Below, piece by piece: positions 42,887 through 54,463 of a stretch of DNA of 64,000 nucleotides. The stretch lies in assembly GCA_963742145.1 (NCBI GenBank), contig CAVUKS010000002.1, forward strand, positions 582,969-646,968, written 5' to 3'. This DNA comes from an uncultured beta proteobacterium. Its GTDB lineage: Bacteria > Pseudomonadota > Gammaproteobacteria > Burkholderiales > Casimicrobiaceae. Each line of letters opens with the position of its first letter. Position 1 is the stretch's first letter. The translations under genes and the position numbers were made by a program. The notes beneath the pieces are model-generated. The model was not told the origin of the DNA and did not search any database. It worked only from the letters and a program-made list of their open reading frames with translations.

Positions 42887-44252
42887 ATGACCTTCCTGCG
42901 CGTAGTTACGCTCGCAATCATGTATGTCGCTGCCTCGACTGCCATCGCGAAGACTGTCGAGGTCATCGAATATCGCAATGCGAGCCTCGGCCACTATTTC
43001 ATGACGTCCGATGTAGCGGAGATCCATGCGCTCGATTCCGGACAGATGCCCGGCTGGACGCGCACGGGACAGAAATTCGACGCCTACCCCGGCGCTCACA
43101 CGGGGGCGAGCCCGGTGTGCCGCTACTACATTCCGCCCGCGCTCGGGCGACTCGCATTTCTACTCTGCATCGGCAGCGGAATGCGCGCTGGCACACAGCA
43201 AGTTCCCGTCGTTCCAGGAAGAGTCGACGGCGGTGATGTACATTCGACTGCCGGATGCGACGCATGGGCAGCATGCCCGGCCGGCGACACGCCGGTGTAC
43301 CGGGTGTGGAACAACCGCGCGGACTCGAACCATCGCTATCACGATCGATCGCGACGCTCCGCGACGCAGATGGTCGCGCAAGGCTCGATCGCGGAAGGCT
43401 ATGGCCCCAACCAGGTCATCATGTGCGCGCCGCCGCACGACGACGACCCGGAACCCGTCGCGTCCACGCTTCCTCCGCCGTGCAAGGGCAACAATCCGCG
43501 CGTCGCGGTTGCCGAACGCTCCGCACGGCATGTACGTGTGGAATCCGAGCCAGAAGCTGCTGCCGTTCCTGGTCAAGGACGTCATTGGCAAACGATGTGA
43601 ACGGCAACTTCAAGGACCCGACGCTGTGCGGCGCGAGCCTCGTCATTTTCTGGTCGTCGGTCGAAACCATCGAAAGGCGTGTATCGACTGGGAGCGTCGA
43701 TAACGGCGGCCGCAAAGCCGTTCACCGACGCCGGCCTGACGGTGAACCTGCTGTTTCTCCGAGGCGACCGAAGGACCGACGAACACGGTTACGCCGGCGT
43801 GGGTGACCGCGCCGGTCAGCAGCGGCGGCGATGGCGTGCCTACGGTGTCGTGCGCCGGCCAGCCGACGATGCCCGTGTACTTCGATCCGACCTACGAGGC
43901 CGACTGGAAGGCGTTCATCGCGGCGGCCATGCAACCAGTTCAGCTATGGCAACTCGCCGCTGGCGGCCAACGTCGGGTACATGCGATTTGCGACCGCGGG
44001 CGGCGCCGAAGCGTTGCCGCCACCGGGTTACAACGACGGCGGTGCCTGCCAAGCCGCTGTGGACCGCCGCCGGCTACTCGTACGACGTGTGGAACACGCA
44101 CGAGGCCAACATCATCAATGCGATGGGCAGCAGTGCCGACCGACAAGCATCAGTCGCTGACGACCACCAGGACACGGTCAGCGTGCCTGGTCAATCTATG
44201 CATCGCGGGGGCAGTGTGGACGCGTAGCGTCGGGATACCGTCAACGCTTTGA
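42887..44252 (+). CDS. secreted modular protein: His-motif (DUF5648-like) domain plus a hydrolase-like domain; heavily frameshifted, possibly truncated
   Basis: Signal peptide; VIEY..HYFMT, VCRYY..DSHFYSAS and PVYRVWNNRADSNHRY..AEG; then PHGMYVW, WSSVE and MPVYFDPTY..WKAFI. Confidence 0.6.
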
Positions 44253-44308
44253 TCCGTCCGTCGTAGCCCCTCCTGGCACAGGCGTCGGCCGTCGCAGCGC
44301 CCGCAGCG

Positions 44309-44314
44309 TATAAT
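44309..44314 (+). promoter_or_regulatory. -10 box TATAAT upstream of purL
   Basis: Perfect hexamer in GC-rich DNA, 26 nt before ATG 44341. Confidence 0.45.
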
Positions 44315-44340
44315 CCGGCTTTACGCGCTCCCAAAACGCG

Positions 44341-47300
44341 ATGTCCGAAATCCTCTCGCTGGTCGGGCGGCCGGCCCTGTCGAAATTCCGCCTGGCCAAG
44401 CTGCGCGAGGGCCTCGCCGCCGCCCGCCCCGCGTCACAATGTCGCCAGCATCAGCGCGACGTTCCACCACTTCGTCGAGATCGTCAGACCGCTCCGCGCG
44501 GGCGAGCATGCCACGCTCGAGCAGTTGCTGACCTACGGTCCGGAAGCGACGAAAGCCACAACTGCCGGGGCCACGTCGCTGCTCGTCGTCCCGCGTCCGG
44601 GCACGCTCTCGCCGTGGTCGTCGAAGGCCACCGACATCGCGCACAACTGCGGGCTGGACGCTGTCCGGCGCATTGAACGCGGCGTCGTGTACGGCGTCGT
44701 GACGGTCGACGGCGCGCCGCTCGAATCGGAGGATCGCGACCGCGCTGCTTCCGCTGCTGCACGATCGAATGATCGAGGCGGTCCTGCCGGACGTGGCCGA
44801 TGCGGCGCAATTGTTCGCGCACTTTCCGCCGCAGCCGTTGACGTCGATTCCGCTGCTGGCGGAAGGACACGCGGCGCTCGAGCGCGCCAACACGTCGCTC
44901 GGGCTCGCATTGGCTCCCGACGAGATCGATTACCTCGACGCCAGCTTTCGGGCGCTCGGCCGGGATCCCACCGATGTCGAGCTGATGATGTTCGCGCAGG
45001 CCAATTCGGAACACTGCCGGCACAAGATCTTCAATGCGCGATATATCGTCGATGGCGTGCGGCAGGACCACAGCCTCTTCGGCATGATCCGCGAGACGCA
45101 CCGGGCGCACCCGCAGGGAACGGTCGTCGCGTACTCGGACAATTCGGCGGTGATGGAAGGCGCGACGGTCGCTCGCTTCTACCCGCGCGAGGACGGACGC
45201 TACGGCGCACGCCGCGAATTGACGCACACACTGATGAAGGTCGAGACGCACAATCACCCGACGGCGATCGCGCCCTTTCCCGGCGCGGCCACGGGTTCCG
45301 GCGGAGAGATCCGCGACGAAGGTGCAACGGGCGTCGGCGGCAAGCCCAAGGCGGGGCTGGTGGGGTTCACCGTGTCGCACTTGCGCATTCCTGCGCTGCC
45401 GCAACCGTGGGAAGCCGACTACGGCAAGCCGGACCGCATCGCCTCCGCGCTGTCGATCATGCTCGAGGGCCCGATCGGCGCGGCGGCATTCAACAACGAG
45501 TTCGGGCGGCCCAATCTCGCCGGCTACTTCCGCACGTTCGAGCAGCGGGTTGCGGGTGAGGTGCGCGGTTACCACAAGCCGATCATGATCGCCGGGGGCT
45601 TGGGCAACATTCGCGCAGAGCACACGCACAAGCACGCGCTGCCCGCGGGCGCGTTGCTGGTCCAGATCGGCGGGCCCGGATTGCTGATCGGCATGGGTGG
45701 CGGCGCGGCGTCGTCCATGGCCACCGGCGTGAATACGGCCGATCTCGATTTCGATTCCGTCCAGCGCGGCAACGCGGAGATCGAACGCCGCGCGCAGGAA
45801 GTCATCGATCGCTGCTGGCAATTGGGTGAGCGCAATCCGATTCTGTCGCTGCACGACGTCGGCGCGGGGGGCCTGTCCAATGCATTGCCGGAACTTGTGC
45901 ATGGCGGCGGCGTTGGCGGCACGTTCGACCTGCGCGCGGTGCCGTCGGAGGAGCCCGGCATGTCGCCGCGCGAGATCTGGTGCAACGAAGCGCAGGAGCG
46001 CTACGTGCTGGCGATTCTGCCGGAGTCGCTCGCCGACTTCGCCGCGTTGTGCGAGCGCGAGCGTTGCCCATTCGCCGTGGTCGGCCGCGCCAATGCCGAA
46101 GGTCGCCTGGTCGTGGGCGACCCGCATTTCGGCAACCGGCCCGTCGACGTGCCGCTGGACGTGATCCTCGGCAAGCCGCCGATGATGACCCGCGACGTAG
46201 CACCACGTGCCGCGGCCATTGCCGCCGCTCGACCTGACCGGCGTCACCGTCAAGGATGCGGCGTATCGCGTGCTGCAGTTCCCTGCCGTTGCCGACAAGA
46301 CGTTCCTGGTGACTATCGGCGACCGCACGGTCGGCGGCCTGTGCTCGCGCGATCCGATGGTCGGACCCTGGCAGGTGCCGGTCGCCGACGTCGCAGTCAC
46401 GCTGATGGATTTCGAAGGCTACGCAGGCGAGGCGATGGCGATGGGCGAGCGCACGCCGCTGGCGCTCATCGATGCACCCGCGTCCGGACGCATGGCGGTC
46501 GGCGAAGCGATCACCAATATCGCCGCGGCCGGCATCCGCGAACTGGGCGACGTGAAGCTCTCCGCCAACTGGATGGCGCCGGCCGGGCATCCGGGCGAGG
46601 ACGCCGCGCTGTACGACACCGTGCGCGCCGTGGCGATCGACACGTGCGTCGCGATCGGACTGTCGATTCCGGTCGGCAAGGACTCGATGTCGATGCGCAC
46701 GACGTGGACCGACAACGGCATCGCCAAGGCCGTGACCGCGCCCGTTTCGCTGATCATCTCCGCCTTCGCGCCGATGGATGATGCGCGAAGCACGCTGACG
46801 CCGCTGCTGCGACTCGATGCCGGCGATACGCACATTGGTGCACATCGACCTCGGAGGAGGCCGGCATCGCCTGGGCGCCTCGGCGCTGGCGCAGGTATAC
46901 GGGCAACTCGGCAACGACGCGCCGGACCTGGATGATCCGCGGCGGCTGGCGGCATTCTTCGCGCTGGTCCAGCGGCTGCATGCGCGAAGGCCGGCTGCTC
47001 GCCTATCACGACATCGGCGATGGCGGGCTGTTCGCGACGCTGGCGGAAATGGCGTTCGCGTCGCGCTGCGGCCTGGACGTCACGCTCGATGCCGCGCCGG
47101 ACGCGTGCCTCGCCGCGCTGTTCGCCGAGGAACTGGGCGCGGTCGTGCAGGTGAAGGCCGAGCGACGCAGCTGACGTCGATCGCCGCCGCACGCGCGGCC
47201 GGCTTGCTCGCGGCAACGGTTGGCTCACCGACACGCACCGGCAGGATCGCCGTCACCTGTCGCGGCGCGCACAGTGCTCGACGAGTCGCGGATCGACCTT

Positions 47301-48241
47301 CACCGCGCGTGGTCGGCGACGACCCACGCGATGCAGCGGCTGCGCGACAATCCCGTCGTCGCGGACGAAGAGTACGCGCGCATCCTCGACGCCGATGATC
47401 CCGGCCTCGCGCCGCACCTGACCTTCGATGCCGATCGCGACATCGCCGCGCCGTTCATCGCGACCGGCGCGCGGCCCAAGGTCGCGATCCTGCGCGAGCA
47501 GGGTGTGAATGGCCACGTGGAAATGGCGGCCGCGTTCGATCGCGCCGGGTTCGATGCCTACGACGTGCACATGAGCGACCTCGCCGCGGGTCGCCGGTCG
47601 CTCGCCGAATTCAAGGGCTTTGTCGCCGGCGGCGGCTTCTCGTATGGAGACGTGCTCGGCGCCGGAGAAGGCTGGGCCAAGTCGATCCTGTTCAATCCGG
47701 CGGTGCGTGAACAATTCGAAGCCTTCTTCGCGCGCGCGGACTCGTTCGCGCTTGGCGTGTGCAACGGCTGCCAGATGATGAGCAACCTGCGCGGCATCGT
47801 GCCTGGCGCTTCGCATTGGCCGCACTTCGTGCGCAATGCGTCGGAACAGTTCGAGTCGCGGCTGGTGATGGTGGAGGTGCACACGATCGCCGTCGCTGTT
47901 CTTTGCCGGCATGGAAGGCAGCCGCCTGCCGGTGGCGACGGCGCATGGGGAAGGGTATGCGGAATTCCACGATGCAGCACAGCTCGCGGCCGCGCAGCCG
48001 CTCGTCGCGCTGCGTTTCGTCGACCATCGCGGCGCTGCCGACCGAAGCTTATCCGTACAACTGCAATGGTTCGCCGCAGGGCATCACGGGACTGACCACG
48101 GCGGATGGCCGCTTCACGATCCTGATGCCGCATCCGGAGCGCGTGCATCGCAGCGCGCAAATGTCGTGGCATCCGGACGGCTGGGGTGACGCTTCGCCGT
48201 GGATGCGCATGTTCCGCAACGCGCGAGTGTGGCTGGGATGA
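44341..48241 (+). CDS. purL: phosphoribosylformylglycinamidine synthase, large fused type (multiple frameshifts)
   Basis: [67 protein letters not shown] and MPHPER. Confidence 0.97.
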
Positions 48242-48268
48242 ACGCGCGAGAAACGCGGGAGACGCTCC

Positions 48269-48888
48269 ATGTCGCTGACCGTGTACGCCATCGACGGCAT
48301 CACGCCGGTCGTCGACCCGACCGCCTACGTTCATCCGTCCGCGGTCCTGATCGGTGACGTCATCGTCGGGCGCGGGTTGCTACGTCGGGCCATGCGCCAG
48401 CCTGCGCGGCGACTTCGGGCGCCTCGAAATCCGCGCAGGCGCCAACCTGCAGGACTCCTGCGTCATGCACGGCTTCCCGGGCACCGACACGATCGTCGAG
48501 GAGGACGGACACATCGGCCATGCCGCCGTCCTGCACGGCTGCGTCGTGAAGCGCAATGCGCTGGTGGGGATGAATGCCGTCGTCAACGACAACGCCGTCG
48601 TCGGCGAGTCGGCGATCGTCGCTGCGATGGCGTTCGTAAAGGCTGGCTTCGTGGTGCCTCCGCGCACGCTGGTGGCAGGTGTCCCGGCCCGGATCGTGCG
48701 CGAACTCACCGAGCAGGAGATGGCGTGGAAAGTCGAAGGCACGCGCAGCTATCAGGAACTCACGCGGCGCAGCCTGGCGACGATGACGGCGACATCGCCT
48801 TTGCCTGCGCCGGAGACCGGATCGCAAGCGGCTCGTGCTCGGCGAACTGCTGCCGCTGTCGGAACTGAAAGCCGGAACGAAAGGCTAG
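48269..48888 (+). CDS. paaY: PaaY/CaiE gamma-carbonic-anhydrase-like hexapeptide protein (frameshifted)
   Basis: [35 protein letters not shown] and [12 protein letters not shown]. Confidence 0.8.
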
Positions 48889-50472
48889 AAGCCCACCGCG
48901 TGGCCGTCGCGGCGGGAGTCCGACGCGGCGACGTAGCCGTCGTCCGCCTTGACGATGAACTGGCCGGCGCCAAAATCCATGTAGGAGTCGGGCACCGATT
49001 CCATCTTGTGGCCGAGCGCGATCAGGCCAGCGCGCAATTCGGGCGACGCGGATGCCTCGAGGTCGAGTGAACCGTCGGCGTTGACCTTCCATCGCGGCGC
49101 GTCGAGCACGGCCTGCGGGTTCATGCCGTAGTCGAGCAGGCGCACCAGCGTCTGCACGTGTCCCGGCGGCTGGATCGGTCCGCCCATCACGCCGAACGCC
49201 GCGTGCGGCCCGCCGTCGCTCGTGACGAATCCCGGAATGATCGTGTGGTACGGCCGCTTGCCGCCGGCGACCTGGTTGGGATGGCCAGGCTGCAGCACGA
49301 ATCCCGCGCCGCGGTTCTGCAGGCTGATGCCGGTTCCGGGCACGACCACGCCCGATCCGAAGCCCATGTAGTTCGACTGGATCAGCGACACCATCATTCC
49401 GTCGTCGTCGGCGGCGCACAGGTAGACGGTGCCGCCGCGCGGCGGATCGCCGGGACCGAAGTCCTGGGCGCGACTTGGGTCGATGAGACGGGTGCGTGCG
49501 GCGATGTAGTCACGATCGAGCAATGCCTCCGGCGGGAACGGCATCGTGCGCGGGTCGCTCACATACCGGTAGGCGTCGGCAAAGGCGAGTTTCATCGCCT
49601 CGACTTGCAGATGCTGCGCGGCGACGGAATCGCAAGGGTGGCGCGCGAGGTCGACCTGCTCGAGCATGCGCGAGCGCCATCAGCGCGGAGACACCCTGGC
49701 CGTTCGGTGGAATCTCGTGCACGGTGTAGCCGCGATAGTTCTGCGCGAGCGGCGTGACCCAATCGGCTTCGTGCGCGGCGAAGTCCGCGAGCGCGTGTCC
49801 GCCGCCTGCAGACTGCGCGTGCGCCACCATCGCGGCGGCGAGAGAGCCGCGGTAAAATGCTTCGCCCTGCGTCGTCGCAATCGTCTCCAGTGTCGCGGCC
49901 ATGGCGCGACACGCGAACAATTCGCCGACGCGCGGCGCGCGGCCGCGCGGCATGAAGACGTCAGGCCAGCCCAAGTCCTGTGGCAACGCCGGCACCGCCA
50001 GTGCCCATTTTTCCGCCACCACCGGCGACACATGCCAACCGTCGCGCGCGTAGCGGATGGCGGGCTCGAACAGGTCCGCGAAAGGCAACTTGCCGAAGCG
50101 CTTGGACAGCGCGACCCATCCGGATACGGCACCGGGTATCGACACCGACTCCCACCCGCGTTCCGGCATGGCGGCACGGCCCGCGAATCGACCCGGCGAC
50201 CACGCCATCGGGGCGCGGCCCGAAGCATTCAGGCCGACCAGTTCGTCCCCGCTCCACAGGATCGCGAACAGATCCGAACCGATGCCGTTGCTGCAGGGCT
50301 CGACCACGGTGAGCGTGATGGCCGTGGCCAGCGCGGCATCCACTGCGTTGCCGCCGCGCGCCAGCATCGCGAGACCGGCTTGCGCCGCAAGCGGCTGCGA
50401 CGTCGCGACGGCGTTGCGGGCAAGGACAGGTTGGCGGCGCGACGCGTAGGCGTTCGACCAGTCGAAAGGCAT
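48885..50472 (-). CDS. gamma-glutamyltransferase-family Ntn hydrolase (frameshifted)
   Basis: [29 protein letters not shown], catalytic [26 protein letters not shown] and GVMGG. Confidence 0.92.
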
Positions 50473-51977
50473 CACTCTTCCTGAAAGGCTTCTTCGCGCT
50501 TGCGGCGGATGTTGGGCAGCGCGATGACCAGGATCAGCAGCGACCGCGGCGGCGAGCATCACCGCCGACAGCGGCCGGGTCAGGAACACGGTGGGATCGC
50601 CACGCGACAGCAGCATGGCGCGGCGCAGGTTCTCCTCCATCATCGGGCCCAGCACGAAACCCAGCAGCAGCGGTGCCGGCTCGCATTCGAGCTTGACGAA
50701 AAGCACGCCGAGGAAGCCGAAGAACGCGGTCTGCATGACGTCGAAACTGGCGTTGTTGATCGTGTACACGCCAATCGCGCAGAACAGCAGGATGGCGGGG
50801 TAGAGCAACCGATAGGGCACCGTCAAGCAGCTTGATCCAGATGCCGATCATCGGCAAATTGAGCACGACCAGCATCAGGTTGCCGACCCACATCGACGCG
50901 ATGAGTCCCCAGAACAGTCCGGGATTGCTGGTCATCACCTGCGGTCCGGGCTGGATGTTGTGAATGGTCATTGCGCCGACCATCATCGCCATCACCGCGT
51001 TCTCCGGAATGCCCAGCGTCAGCAGCGGGATGAACGACGTCTGCGCGCCGGCGTTGTTGGCGGCTTCCGGTCCGGCGACGCCCTGGATCGCGCCCTTGCC
51101 GAACTGCGACGGGTCCTTGGCTACTTTCTTCTCGACCGCATAGGACGCGAACGCCGCGAGCATCGCACCGCCGCCCGGCAGCAGGCCCAGGAACGAACCC
51201 AGTCCCGTTCCGCGCAACGCCGCGGGCCACGCCGCCTTGAACTGGTCCTTGGACAGCCACAGTCCCTTGACCTTGCTCGCTACCCGCTCGCGCTTTTCCT
51301 GCGACTCGAGATTGGTGATGATCTCGGCAAAGCCGAAAAGACCCATGGCGACGCTCACCACGCCGATGCCGTCGGTCAGTTGCGGAATCCCGAAGTCGAA
51401 GCGGGCCACGCCGGAATTGACGTCGGTGCCGACGATACCAAGCAGCAGTCCCAGCACGATCATCGCGATGGCCTTGAGCAGCGAGCCGTGCGCGAGCACG
51501 ACCGCGCCGATCAATCCCAATACCATCAGCGAAAAATATTCGGCCGGACCGAACTTGAGCGCTAATTCGGACAAGGGGACGGACACCGCGGCAATGAACA
51601 CCGTCGCGACGCATCCCGCAAAAAAGGAGGCGAGGGCGGCGGTCGCCAGCGCGGCGCCGGCCTCGCCCGTTGCGCGCCATCTGGTGGCCGTCGAGGCACG
51701 TCACGGCGGAGGAGGTCTCACCCGGCATGTTGATGAGGATCGACGTCGTGGAACCGCCGTATTGCGCGCCGTAGTAGATGCCGGCCAGCATGATGAGCGC
51801 GGAAACCGGCTGCAGCGCGTACGTCGTCGGCAGCAGCATCGCGATGGTGGCGACCGGTCCGATGCCGGGAAGCACGCCGATCAGCGTACCCAGCAGCGTG
51901 CCGATCAACGCGTACATCATGTTGATTGGCGTCAGCGCAACGGAAAAGCCGAGCGCCAGATGATTGAACAGTTCCAT
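50472..51977 (-). CDS. tctA: tripartite tricarboxylate transporter permease (frameshifted)
   Basis: [25 protein letters not shown] and [23 protein letters not shown]. Confidence 0.95.
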
Positions 51978-51981
51978 CGCG

Positions 51982-52440
51982 TCAGCCGGTCAGGAAAGTG
52001 GGCCAGATCGGCAGCTGAAGCTTCAGGCCGATGATGAACACGCCGACCGCAAGCGCGGCCAGCAGGACGCCGCTGATCAGCGCCTCCTTCCAGCGGAATT
52101 CCGAGCTGGCGGTGCTCGCGATGACGATCAGGATCACCGTCGACAGCGCGAGACCGGCGTAGGTGACGATGAGCCCGAACAAGACGACGCTGAACAGCAC
52201 GACGATTGTCGGCCGCCAGCGCCAGGCGGGAATCGCAACGCCTTGCGTGCGCAATCCGCGCAGCGCAATGACGCCACCAAGCGCGATCAGCAGGAGCCCG
52301 AGGATGCGCGGAAAGTAGCCCGGTCCCATGCGTGCGGCCGTGCCCAGGTTATAGCGCGAGCCCAGGACCAGCGCGGCGATGCCGACCAGAACGAACAGAA
52401 ACCCGGCCCAGAAGTCCTTCGGATTGCGGATGCGCGCCAC
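51982..52440 (-). CDS. tctB: tripartite tricarboxylate transporter small subunit
   Basis: [18 protein letters not shown] and LKLQLPIWP; about 4 TM segments. Confidence 0.9.
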   Translation of the reverse strand: MARIRNPKDFWAGFLFVLVGIAALVLGSRYNLGTAARMGPGYFPRILGLLLIALGGVIALRGLRTQGVAIPAWRWRPTIVVLFSVVLFGLIVTYAGLALSTVILIVIASTASSEFRWKEALISGVLLAALAVGVFIIGLKLQLPIWPTFLTG

Positions 52441-52502
52441 GGCTCCCCCGGTTGGCATTTTCGCTTTGGGCGCAAGAATAGCACCTACCCGTGCCGCACA
52501 AG

Positions 52503-52532
52503 AAAAAAGGGCGGGCCGCGTGGCCCGCCCTT
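52503..52532 (-). terminator. rho-independent terminator of the ispZ-bolA-ppiC operon
   Basis: 11-bp stem aagggcgggcc/ggcccgccctt with a 4-nt loop, followed by a T-run on the minus strand. Confidence 0.85.
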
Positions 52533-52556
52533 CCAGTGATACTTGCTGCGTGTGCT

Positions 52557-53372
52557 TTACACGCCGTTCTTGACGCGCAGTTCCTTGAAGTACTTGTCCA
52601 GGTGCGCGGCCTGCATCCGCTGCTGCAGTTGCGGCTTGACTTCGTCGAACGGCGGTACCTTGGCTTCGCGGATTTCGTCGACCATGATCACGTGGTAGCC
52701 GAACTGCGTCTGCACCGGCACTGTCGAGAACTTGCCCTTCGGCGTTGCGACCATGGCGTCCGAGAACGGCTTGACGAAGCCGGCGGGCGCATTCCAGTCA
52801 AGATCTCCGCCCTTGTCCTTCGAGCCCGGATCCTTGGAGCGCGCCTTGGCGAGCTCGTCGAACTTGGCGCCCTTCTGCAGCTGCACGATGATGTCCTTGG
52901 CCTCGTCTTCCTTCTCGACCAGGATGTGCTTGACGTGATATTCCTTGTCGCCGATCTGCGTCTTGATCACGTCGTATTCCTTGCGCAATTCGGCTTCGGG
53001 AATCGGATTCTTCTTGACCCAGTCGGCGACGAACGCGCTCACCAGCACGGTCTGCGACGCCAGATCCATCTGCGTCTTGATGTCGGCGTTCTTGTCGAGG
53101 TTGGCCTTCTTCGCTTCCCTTGCCAGCAGTTCGCGCGTGTTCAACTCCTCGCGAACGGCATTGCGGAGTTCGGGAGAATCGGGCTGGCCCTGCTGCAGGC
53201 GCTGCTTCAGCATCGTGTCGAACATCGGCTGCGGGTACAGCGCCTTGCCCGTCGAAGCGGGCGCGGGTGCTGCGGCCTTGGGGGCGGTGGTTTGTGCCTG
53301 GGCTGCACCCATGGCAAGGGACGCGGCGATCGATGTGGCGAGAATCGCGGCGAGGACTGGCTTTCTGGTCAT
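52557..53372 (-). CDS. periplasmic parvulin/PpiC-type peptidyl-prolyl isomerase
   Basis: Signal peptide; EYHVKHILV, SKDPGS..GGDLDW and PVQTQFGYHVI. Confidence 0.93.
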   Translation of the reverse strand: MTRKPVLAAILATSIAASLAMGAAQAQTTAPKAAAPAPASTGKALYPQPMFDTMLKQRLQQGQPDSPELRNAVREELNTRELLAREAKKANLDKNADIKTQMDLASQTVLVSAFVADWVKKNPIPEAELRKEYDVIKTQIGDKEYHVKHILVEKEDEAKDIIVQLQKGAKFDELAKARSKDPGSKDKGGDLDWNAPAGFVKPFSDAMVATPKGKFSTVPVQTQFGYHVIMVDEIREAKVPPFDEVKPQLQQRMQAAHLDKYFKELRVKNGV

Positions 53373-53388
53373 TGCGTACATCCTTTCA

Positions 53389-53673
53389 TCAGGAAGGGAA
53401 TTCGTCCGGAGCGTAGGCGCGAATGGCAAGCGCATGCACTGGATAGGGGATGAGGTCGCCCACGCGATCCAGCACCGCGCGATGCCGCGCGAGCCGCGTG
53501 AGCCCCGAAAATTGTTGCGAAACGATCAACAACGAAAAATGCCCGCCGCCGCCCGCGGCACCGGCATGTCCGGCATGCTCCGCACTGTCGTCGGCCAGCT
53601 CGAATACGCTGGGCGCCAGCGGGGCCAGACGAGCCTCGAGCGTGCCCGCGATACTGGCCGGCTGCGTGCTCAT
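53389..53673 (-). CDS. bolA: BolA-family protein
   Basis: DDSAEHAGH, GGHF..IVS..F..L..LARHR and VHALAI. Confidence 0.92.
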   Translation of the reverse strand: MSTQPASIAGTLEARLAPLAPSVFELADDSAEHAGHAGAAGGGGHFSLLIVSQQFSGLTRLARHRAVLDRVGDLIPYPVHALAIRAYAPDEFPS

Positions 53674-53773
53674 TGGTGGACCCCCACGCTTGCGGCCGTG
53701 ACGACGAAGGCCGCTGCGCTGCCCCCGGTGGGGAAGCTATTCGCGCCTTGGGGCTGCCCGGCGGCGCTCATTG
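53668..53773 (-). repeat. ~100-bp structured junction element / 33-aa mini-ORF, flanked by the 8-bp direct repeat CAATGAGC
   Basis: gctcattg at 53668-53675 and 53766-53773; ORF 53670..53771 overlaps the ispZ stop and the bolA start; nested inverted repeats. Confidence 0.7.
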
Positions 53774-54307
53774 CGGCTCCTCTTTCGGTTCCTCGATATG
53801 GCGCGCGAGCATCAGCCCCTGCGCCAAAGCGAACACCAGGAAAAGCCCGATACCGCCCCAGACCTTGAAGTTGACCCAGGTTTCCAGCGCAAAGTGGAAT
53901 GCGACATACCAGTTGAGCACCGCCATGGCAAAAAGAAAGGCGGTCCACGACCACGTCACCCGCGACCACACGGCGGGCGGCAGCGTGATGTCCTTCAGCA
54001 GAGCGCCGATCAAGTCGCGCCCGAATGCGAGCTTGCCAACCGCCAGTATGGTGCCGAACAGGCCGTAGAGCACCGACGGCTTCCAGCGGATGAACACATC
54101 GTCCTTGAGCCAGAGCGTCGCGCCGCCGAACACCGCGATGATCGCGAACGACATCCAGTGGATGGCCGAGAGCTTGCCCTTCCATTTGAACCAGGCGATT
54201 TGTGCCACCGACGCGATCATGGCCACCGCGGTCGCGAAATAGATCCCCTGCCACTTGAAGGCAACGAAGAAAAGCAGGAGCGGGAAATAGTCCGCGAGTA
54301 ACTGCAT
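53768..54307 (-). CDS. ispZ: inner-membrane septation protein IspZ/YciB
   Basis: DYFPLLLFF, GIYFATAVA, FGGATL, FIRWKPS and WVNFKVWG. Confidence 0.93.
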   Translation of the reverse strand: MQLLADYFPLLLFFVAFKWQGIYFATAVAMIASVAQIAWFKWKGKLSAIHWMSFAIIAVFGGATLWLKDDVFIRWKPSVLYGLFGTILAVGKLAFGRDLIGALLKDITLPPAVWSRVTWSWTAFLFAMAVLNWYVAFHFALETWVNFKVWGGIGLFLVFALAQGLMLARHIEEPKEEPQ

Positions 54308-54320
54308 GGGATCGAAGGAT

Positions 54321-54368
54321 GCGCCGGTCCGCCTTAAGGGCGCCTTAGTCTTCCCCGGGGGGAACGTC
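54321..54368 (+). repeat. degenerate copy of the junction element in the ispZ 5' region, opposite orientation
   Basis: gccggtccgccttaagggcgccttagtcttccccggggggaacg aligns by eye to gccgggcagccccaaggcgcgaatagcttccccaccgggggcagcg. Confidence 0.45.
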
Positions 54369-54413
54369 GTGACGCCGGGCAAGCCGGAAAAAGCCCATAG
54401 CGGGCAACCGCCC

Positions 54414-54419
54414 ATTATA
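54414..54419 (-). promoter_or_regulatory. -10 box TATAAT for the ispZ operon
   Basis: Perfect hexamer about 107 nt upstream of the ispZ ATG. Confidence 0.45.
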
Positions 54420-54463
54420 ACCGATGCGCCTCCGCAACTCCTCGGCGCATGTTTTGCCGGACG

